DNA of 34,138 nucleotides from IMG/VR virus record IMGVR_UViG_3300005805_000256, positions 1 through 34,138 of that record, one strand, 5' to 3'. The translations under genes and the position numbers were made by a program. A model generated the notes under the pieces. That model had not been told where the DNA came from. It did not search any database and worked only from the letters and a program-made list of their open reading frames with translations. This DNA comes from a virus (Duplodnaviria > Caudoviricetes). Below are positions 28,601-34,138 of this stretch, piece after piece. The first letter of the stretch is position 1; the number at the start of each line of letters is the position of its first letter.

Positions 28601-31050
28601 TTAGCCTAGAAGAAGCTGCAACAGAAAAGGGAGCTAGAAAGCTTAAAACCTTAAGACTTACAAAAGCAAGTCTAGGAGGTGAGCAGTTTGCAAAAGAGTA
28701 TGCTAAAAAATACAATTTACGAATTCTTTCTGAAAAAGACGCAAGAGAAATATTATTAAATGGAGAGTATGGACTTAAGTTTACTCCAGGCGGAGCAATA
28801 GAATATACTCCGGAAGAATTGCAAAGATCTGCTTTATTTGGTGCAGGAAGACCAGCAGACCTAGCTGAAGGAGCATTAATAGAATTAGAAAATGAAATTG
28901 AGATTGCAGTAAGCAAAGACAAAGTAATAAAAACAAAATATCTTCCTTTATATGGGACAGCTGAAAAAAATCTTTTAGGGCTCCCAAAAGGTCCTGCGGG
29001 ATTAACAAGAGCTCTTAAAAAAGGTGGATACGCTCATTCTATTCTAACTTTCTTGCAGCAAGGTGAAGAAGGAGTAGAATCGCAAACATTTGGAAGAGGA
29101 TCTGCGGCTGAAGGCATATCGAGGTTTTTGAGAACTGCTTTCCTTGGTCAAGATAAATATATTGATAAGCTTTTTACCACCAGAAAACTTAAAGGCTCTG
29201 CCGCCTTCAGAGCAGTCACAAAATTTGGCTCTGATACAAATGATTTACTTCAAATTGCTACAGCTACTAAGCCTATCAAACAAATGTTTGAGGTAGAAAT
29301 TGATGAATCTACATTAAAAAGAATGTATGCTAATCAAGAAGAGTTTGCTAAAGTTCTTGGTGAATTCAAAGAAAATAAATTTATATATGGTATAGTTAAA
29401 CCAGATCCATTCCATCATGCAGGACACCAACTCTTAGTAAAATACAAACTTGCAGAAACTTTAGCGGATGCATCAAAGACTGCCAATGAGCCATATATAA
29501 GAGCTGGCGCATTTTTAACATGGCTGATGAATAGAGATAACGATAAAGACACAATCCAAGGTCTTATATTTAGTAAGCATGTAGGAATTGGCAAAGGCTT
29601 AAAATCAAAAGAATCTAGACAGTTAGATTTAATGTTTGAAAAACAATTGTCTGCCCAAGCGCAAAATTTAGAACAATTTAGGAGAGAAGCAAAAGATATA
29701 TCTGTAAAACTGCCTGCCTTAAAAGACTTTTTAGAGAGCGCTGCAGAAGGTAGAGTTGTTGCAGGCGAAGGCGCTGAAATGTATCAACGGTATATAGATG
29801 TTTATACAGAATTTTTGAAATTCGGTAGAACTCCAAGTGTACCATATGCTGGAACTTATACGGTAACACCTATTCTAGAAATGCTTTCATCTGGGGCATC
29901 AGATCAAAATACTGCTAAAAATTTGATGTCTGCGTTTGCAGAAACTGCAAAACCTGGTAAGGCTGGTCTCAGTAAAACGATTAATGCAGAAACAGTTACT
30001 GCAATCAGGCAGCAAATGCTAAAAGCGTCTGGGCTTGGTTCAATAAAAGAAATAACTAGCCAATATGATTTGTTAGGTGGGAACCTAAAACAGGCCTTTA
30101 TACAAAAAGCTGGAAAATATCAGCCAGCAGCTTTAGATTTTTTAAATGTTGGCTATGAAATTGCAACTGGTGGCAAAGGCGGTACGCCAATGTCTCTTGA
30201 GGCCTCAATAGAACGTGCAACTCAAAAGTCAAAAACGTTTTTTGAAAGTCTAGCTTCGTCAGAATTAGATGTCGGTAAGTTAAGGCTTCCTGGTTTGATG
30301 TTTAAAGACTTAACGCAGGAAGAGGCTATTGCAAAAGCTGCAAAAGTTTCAGGTGCAGCATTAGGATCTGCTTTGCATTTAATTGCAACTCATACTACGC
30401 AAGACCAAAGACACGCAGCTATGGCTAATCAGTTTAGGCAACTTACTAGAAATAATGCTGAATCATTGATGCCAATGCTCTCTATTCTTGCCGCTGAAGG
30501 TAGCACACAAGAAGTATTTCAATCTCCTGATTATCAAAGAGCTGTTGCACAAGTCAATGAAGCAACCAAAACTGCATCAAGAGAAGCTGGTCCCACTAAA
30601 TCTTTTGACAAATCTGCAGCATGGCTTACTAAAAACTGGAAGATAGTTGGAGCTGTAGCTGGCGGCTTGATTGGATTAAGGGTAGTATCAGACATGTTAA
30701 CTGAAGATGAAATGGAAAGACCTCCATTAAAAACATCTCAGCGTCTTAATTTTAACCCTGCCCCGCTACCTCCAGAGCCAATGGTTGGTCGTCAGATGCC
30801 TTCTGTAGACCCATCTTCATTGACAAGGCCACGAGCATATGTTCAGCCAGTAAATGGAACTTACAATAGAGCACAATATTCTGCAGACTACGGTACGGTA
30901 AATATGAATGCAATGTCATTTGCTAATGAAAGCTTTGGGAATATCAATATACAGGATTCTAGAAGCTATACAGCTAATTGGCAAATGCAAAATATTGCTG
31001 ATATGGCCGGAGATTCTGATTTTATTCACCCTTATATGCCACTTGTATGA
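25612..31050 (+). CDS. giant virion protein (1812 aa) with a divergent fused beta/beta'-like two-barrel RNA polymerase core and a C-terminal membrane segment
   Basis: Ordered beta'-like motifs GQDKYIDKLFTTRKLKGSAAFRAV, FEVEIDESTLKRMY, GIVKPDPFHH and YIRAGAFLTWLMNRDNDKDTIQGLI. Weaker beta-like motifs lie upstream; no Cys. The CDS is certain; the polymerase call is by eye. Confidence 0.7.
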   Translation: MANLPPKIDDIRLEALKAVFGGNMPQDMQSTLIFHHLKTFGGTAAVPKSKDIYGAEQSLERLSAPVSKYIYTQNVFKGSTVSSTSKYVGAGSFGVMSAGQNVLAQRVFETASDEFKLNLSWSKNARSFLARNYAGAENAAGFLGVSTITQRAFPELSPYTGKLESAFERVQQQMASSSAGPEMEFFRKSFQSFGVPLEQLSESQKIEGFFTASVLRMQAENRMEGLHSLMQQEGISIPGVQYGSPISSISSKYDPYGIQGIKKGIKSRGGIFAYKAGELPSEFYHKLKYFAGERFVEDIFKPFVENIYQRDESLRGKLQFVLSEEGGLYVGKGAFSESYVPLGYEYLDQGSTSEFGLAKGQYYSHGKITGIKRQVIGQQTVAGSQAIYRELEQNLQGLREENIPQALKGASRSARRQTKTLLSPVINRGELSLASSINAYIAVDPNVSRPISDIINIEASGAVAGLRTTAELQSRLRNAAAEGLSSMPQGASAFYMVASKSTDIALEGVQKYFPTSFVQQKEQIKGLHHLTRPLYITPERTFAMAKAKEKAGYIRQASTVGLLEGQAEQFTARFAQQQSQLGSQLGLGKGMVTGSYSMPVLAVDTTKLFNLPAGATLNAEIFGDPTIVATRFGRQMHQGIMRPMKGLTVLANRNEFVDILNAIGKGDYKKSPALQKIFEQITGQQEFSGLIPLSTDTRKALRGLTIGGKAFDLPSGARYITGIKYSDFDQSLSFSFAARKTPQVSLIAGSMRTTLIVPGEKAIGSMLKDPDSIYSRLFGGSSQLEEVVGGVTSFKTLEGMNQAYNRYFDLLELAGTVQGGPEAFAEKFNVRAAADKVKLKYSGTEVLYEKELQYSKNLIAEGLSNATKEEANIFFTRLEETLQQDFGLTRGAVEAEAIPRIQYLASRGIIGKQEAESILATAESSDLLKSAKLPFLSFMRREAEASELTKQGSGLRIRLSYLKTYLIGQQAMTGLTKDPNPIARRMVKEFRRQTGIISLEEAATEKGARKLKTLRLTKASLGGEQFAKEYAKKYNLRILSEKDAREILLNGEYGLKFTPGGAIEYTPEELQRSALFGAGRPADLAEGALIELENEIEIAVSKDKVIKTKYLPLYGTAEKNLLGLPKGPAGLTRALKKGGYAHSILTFLQQGEEGVESQTFGRGSAAEGISRFLRTAFLGQDKYIDKLFTTRKLKGSAAFRAVTKFGSDTNDLLQIATATKPIKQMFEVEIDESTLKRMYANQEEFAKVLGEFKENKFIYGIVKPDPFHHAGHQLLVKYKLAETLADASKTANEPYIRAGAFLTWLMNRDNDKDTIQGLIFSKHVGIGKGLKSKESRQLDLMFEKQLSAQAQNLEQFRREAKDISVKLPALKDFLESAAEGRVVAGEGAEMYQRYIDVYTEFLKFGRTPSVPYAGTYTVTPILEMLSSGASDQNTAKNLMSAFAETAKPGKAGLSKTINAETVTAIRQQMLKASGLGSIKEITSQYDLLGGNLKQAFIQKAGKYQPAALDFLNVGYEIATGGKGGTPMSLEASIERATQKSKTFFESLASSELDVGKLRLPGLMFKDLTQEEAIAKAAKVSGAALGSALHLIATHTTQDQRHAAMANQFRQLTRNNAESLMPMLSILAAEGSTQEVFQSPDYQRAVAQVNEATKTASREAGPTKSFDKSAAWLTKNWKIVGAVAGGLIGLRVVSDMLTEDEMERPPLKTSQRLNFNPAPLPPEPMVGRQMPSVDPSSLTRPRAYVQPVNGTYNRAQYSADYGTVNMNAMSFANESFGNINIQDSRSYTANWQMQNIADMAGDSDFIHPYMPLV

Positions 31051-34000
31051 TATTAAATCCTAATCAAGATTCTCAAGCATTAAATGCCACAGATACAAAT
31101 GTTGGGCAAAATTATACGGACGAGCAGTTGCAAAGAGCTTCAACAGCCCATACTAGTTTATATCGTGATTATATATCAAAATTTTTAGAGGAGTATAATG
31201 CTGCACATAGATATCAGTATAGATCAAAAACAGCATCTGCAGGAAATGGCACATATTTTCAAATTGGGCCATTAGTTTATGGTGGCGAGGTACAGGATAT
31301 AAAAATATTAGAACAAAAAGCTGTACAAGTAGCATATGGTTCTAGAATGGGCAAGAATCTGCTTACTGATTCTGGTGAGGGAAGAGCAGATGTACAGGTT
31401 GTTCTAATCTTCTCTGGTAAAGATCATATTAAAGAAGGTCTTTTGCCTTTAATTTCTTTATTTAAATTAAGTCCAATAACATCTGTAGACAATAATGTTA
31501 TAAAAGACTCTTTAAAAGATGACTTTACTGAAGGAACTGTTAACGCTCCAAATGCTGCAGCTTTAAATACAGTAGACAGAATTATAGGAGGAGCAGTAAA
31601 GTTAAGAGAACTAGGAGAAATAAATAAAATACTTAACAAAAATGGCTTTGCTTTACCAAGCCCAGAAGAATTTAATGACGCCAAGGAAAAGGGGTATAAG
31701 CCTTCTAAAGATAATTATGATGAATGGGTTAGCTGGATCAATTCAAATAACTCATATTTTGATCCACAAAGTCCAGAGACAGACATAAATAATAGCGCGT
31801 CATCAACAAATAATTTAGCAGAAAACAACAATCTTCCTTTAAGAAATAGGCTTATTAAAGATAAAACAGGATATGTTCCAATGGCAATGCTTGGCATTGA
31901 CATTACGACAAATCCTGAGTTAACAGATTCTGTGATTGTAAATTTAAATCTAAGAAGAATCAATATTTCAACTTATTTAAAGGAAGGTCTTTATTATAGA
32001 ACATACAATAACACGGCTACTCCAGATGCTAGGGAGGCATTCTGGTTAAATAAAGCAATATCGATTTACATGAATCGATGCTATATGGGTGGTAACTATA
32101 TTTCTCAGGCACCTAATAATGTTTCAATAAAATATGCTGGTGAAGATGTCCTTCTTAAGTTTTTTGAAAATTCAAATAATATCAAAGAAATAACATTTTT
32201 ACAAAATAATGATAAAGCTGTAATTACCCAGATTACTTGTGGCATAAAAAATAAATTTGCTTTTCATAGACTTGCTGGAGAAACTTACCCAACAGCACAA
32301 CATAGTGGATATACGTCAATTGATTTAACTATTGGGATTAGAACAAAAGATCAAAACTTTTTAAAGACGGTACATACATTTAAAAATGCTGCGGATTTCT
32401 TCTTGAGAAGCACAGAACGTGCAGATAGATATAATGGGTGGTCTATTGATTGTCTTCCTCTTAGGGTTCTTAACTCAAGATTGAATCCTACAAGTACTGA
32501 AAACTCATTTTCTGCTTTTTTCCCAACTAGTGTAGTTACTTCTACTATTGGCGATATGCCAGGCGCAAGAGATATTGTCATATCTTTTGCTGAAACTTCG
32601 ATGGATTTTTTCAATGACTCTGGGTTTGTTCTATATACTAGTGGAGTAACTGTCCAGCTCCTTAAGCAAGCTTTTGATAGCCTTTTTAAAGGAATAAGTA
32701 CAGACAGTGAATATGCTAAATTAGTAACTTTAGGAAGAGGCACAGATACAGAAAGATTTAGTATTATAAATCCATCTACTATAATAGCAGCTATTTTAGA
32801 GACTCAAACATTTATAGATGCACAAATAAAAGCAGACTCTCCTGAGAAAAATAAAGGTGCTAAAGCGTTAAAAGAATTTGCTAAAGAAAATGATATAGTC
32901 TCTGGGTTATTAAGTGAACCTCCTAGCATAAGTGATATAGGAGGTGATTGGTTGCCACCAGCAATACTAGGTGCTTTTGGTGAAGAAGAATTGCCAGATA
33001 ACATTGTAGATGAAATTTATAGCGATAATTTTGAAATAGGCGATTCTGCTGTTTTAAAAAATTACATAAAAGGAATGCTATACCCAAGTGGTAGAAGAGA
33101 TTTATATCAATATATATATAGCCAATTCCTTTCTGGGAAGTTAAAATTTAAAGATAGGTTTAAAAACCATTTATTTGCAGCTATAATAAAAAGATCATCA
33201 GTCCCAGTAACTGATAGACTATATGATAGGTCGCATGTTGCTTTAGCTTATGATGCTTTAGAACGAGCTCTTGCTGCCAATTCGGACTTGTTATCTGACT
33301 ATGATAAATCTAATTCAAATGATAGTTTCCAAAAATCAAAAGCGTCTGATAATGCTGTAGTTTTCAATAAAGATGGTACTTTTAGCGTATCTGAAAAAAG
33401 AGTAACTGCTTATCCAGATTATTTCTATTTAACTTATAAAGAGCTATTTGGCACACTTGATAATCCAAATAACTGGAAACAGTTTGCATTAACTTATCAA
33501 GATCTTGGAATTATAAATCCTAATTTTGGATCTTATAATCTTAATGCCAGAACGCCATTAAATGCAAATTCTGTTCAAAGGGCCCAGCGTGAACTTGTAA
33601 CAACGGAAAACTCTCCTATTGCTCCATCAGTATTTTTCTATAGGGAACAAGAACTTGATGCGTTAAGAGATTCTTTATCAGATTCTACAAAAGACTGGTA
33701 TAGCAGGTTAAAACAGTTAACCATAAATATACCATATGATGTAGAATTTTTAATTAAAGAAGGCTCAAGATATACTGGCGAAAAAGGAGTAATCGACCTT
33801 ACTGGTACTCCTGTAAATATTAACGACCTTAGCCCCGAACAAAAAAAAGGTTTGGCATCTTTAATAGATGAGATGAATACAAAGCTTATCAAAGATGGGA
33901 AGCTTTCTTCAAAGGATTATACCGTAGCCGCTGAACAATTAATTACTAGACAGTTTAGGATTGCTAAAAAATCTCTTGGATATGAAAATGTGACTGATAG

Positions 34001-34138
34001 AGAATTTAGGGATACTGTCAAAAGCTGGAATCAAGATGATCCTAAATATCAGCAATATAAATCTATAGTAGAAGATGGCCAAGATGCTGAATTTTTTGTT
34101 CCGATTATAAACACAAGTCACGCTGGTCAATATGTTGC
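31047..34138 (+). CDS. 3'-truncated large virion structural protein (>1030 aa), probable baseplate hub region (not in ORF track)
   Basis: ATGA overlap at 31047..31050. Manual reading (MILNPNQDSQALNATD...) finds no stop to the window end. Follows the tape-measure-like genes; function is inferred from synteny. Confidence 0.85.
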   Translation, partial: MILNPNQDSQALNATDTNVGQNYTDEQLQRASTAHTSLYRDYISKFLEEYNAAHRYQYRSKTASAGNGTYFQIGPLVYGGEVQDIKILEQKAVQVAYGSRMGKNLLTDSGEGRADVQVVLIFSGKDHIKEGLLPLISLFKLSPITSVDNNVIKDSLKDDFTEGTVNAPNAAALNTVDRIIGGAVKLRELGEINKILNKNGFALPSPEEFNDAKEKGYKPSKDNYDEWVSWINSNNSYFDPQSPETDINNSASSTNNLAENNNLPLRNRLIKDKTGYVPMAMLGIDITTNPELTDSVIVNLNLRRINISTYLKEGLYYRTYNNTATPDAREAFWLNKAISIYMNRCYMGGNYISQAPNNVSIKYAGEDVLLKFFENSNNIKEITFLQNNDKAVITQITCGIKNKFAFHRLAGETYPTAQHSGYTSIDLTIGIRTKDQNFLKTVHTFKNAADFFLRSTERADRYNGWSIDCLPLRVLNSRLNPTSTENSFSAFFPTSVVTSTIGDMPGARDIVISFAETSMDFFNDSGFVLYTSGVTVQLLKQAFDSLFKGISTDSEYAKLVTLGRGTDTERFSIINPSTIIAAILETQTFIDAQIKADSPEKNKGAKALKEFAKENDIVSGLLSEPPSISDIGGDWLPPAILGAFGEEELPDNIVDEIYSDNFEIGDSAVLKNYIKGMLYPSGRRDLYQYIYSQFLSGKLKFKDRFKNHLFAAIIKRSSVPVTDRLYDRSHVALAYDALERALAANSDLLSDYDKSNSNDSFQKSKASDNAVVFNKDGTFSVSEKRVTAYPDYFYLTYKELFGTLDNPNNWKQFALTYQDLGIINPNFGSYNLNARTPLNANSVQRAQRELVTTENSPIAPSVFFYREQELDALRDSLSDSTKDWYSRLKQLTINIPYDVEFLIKEGSRYTGEKGVIDLTGTPVNINDLSPEQKKGLASLIDEMNTKLIKDGKLSSKDYTVAAEQLITRQFRIAKKSLGYENVTDREFRDTVKSWNQDDPKYQQYKSIVEDGQDAEFFVPIINTSHAGQYV

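Larger units (their letters stand above)
1..34138 (+). other. virion morphogenesis module of a large myovirus-type phage (Caudoviricetes)
   Basis: TerL, portal, protease, major capsid, neck, sheath, tube, chaperone and tape-measure genes in canonical order, co-oriented with minimal spacers. No host genes or integrase are present in the window. Confidence 0.96.

Noticed and set aside
1212-34130. Numerous 60-135 aa minus-strand ORFs and the nested + ORF at 26480..26716
   Set aside because: All overlap long, well-supported + strand genes (including the unlisted 8465 and 31047 ORFs) and show no recognisable motifs. They are shadow ORFs.
1-34138. No + strand gene ends in TAG, raising possible amber reassignment
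   Set aside because: All genes are intact under code 11, with no in-frame TAG or TGA and near-complete coding density. TAG is simply avoided.

Overview
The whole window is one + strand, tightly packed virion morphogenesis operon of a large AT-rich (roughly 35-37% GC by eye) contractile-tailed dsDNA phage. It uses the standard genetic code and is truncated at both ends. Gene order: two small membrane-segment proteins; HTH-metallophosphoesterase; terminase large subunit; 646-aa hydrophobic unknown; portal with a MuF-like tail; an unlisted 55-aa ORF; prohead protease with a probable nested scaffold; decoration protein; major capsid; neck genes; sheath; three tube-fold paralogs; two chaperone paralogs; two giant tape-measure-position proteins (1445 and 1812 aa); and an unlisted >1030-aa hub-like ORF running off the end. 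Main observation: the 1812-aa protein (25612..31050) carries, in the correct order, degenerate motifs of the beta and beta' subunits of a two-barrel RNA polymerase. Its catalytic loop is the non-canonical NRDNDKD (cf. NADFDGD), and it has a C-terminal membrane segment. It, the 1445-aa protein and the two small 5' proteins contain no cysteine. Together these suggest an ejected, possibly membrane-tethered virion polymerase system in a myovirus tail module. All assignments come from motif recognition by eye; no searches were run.
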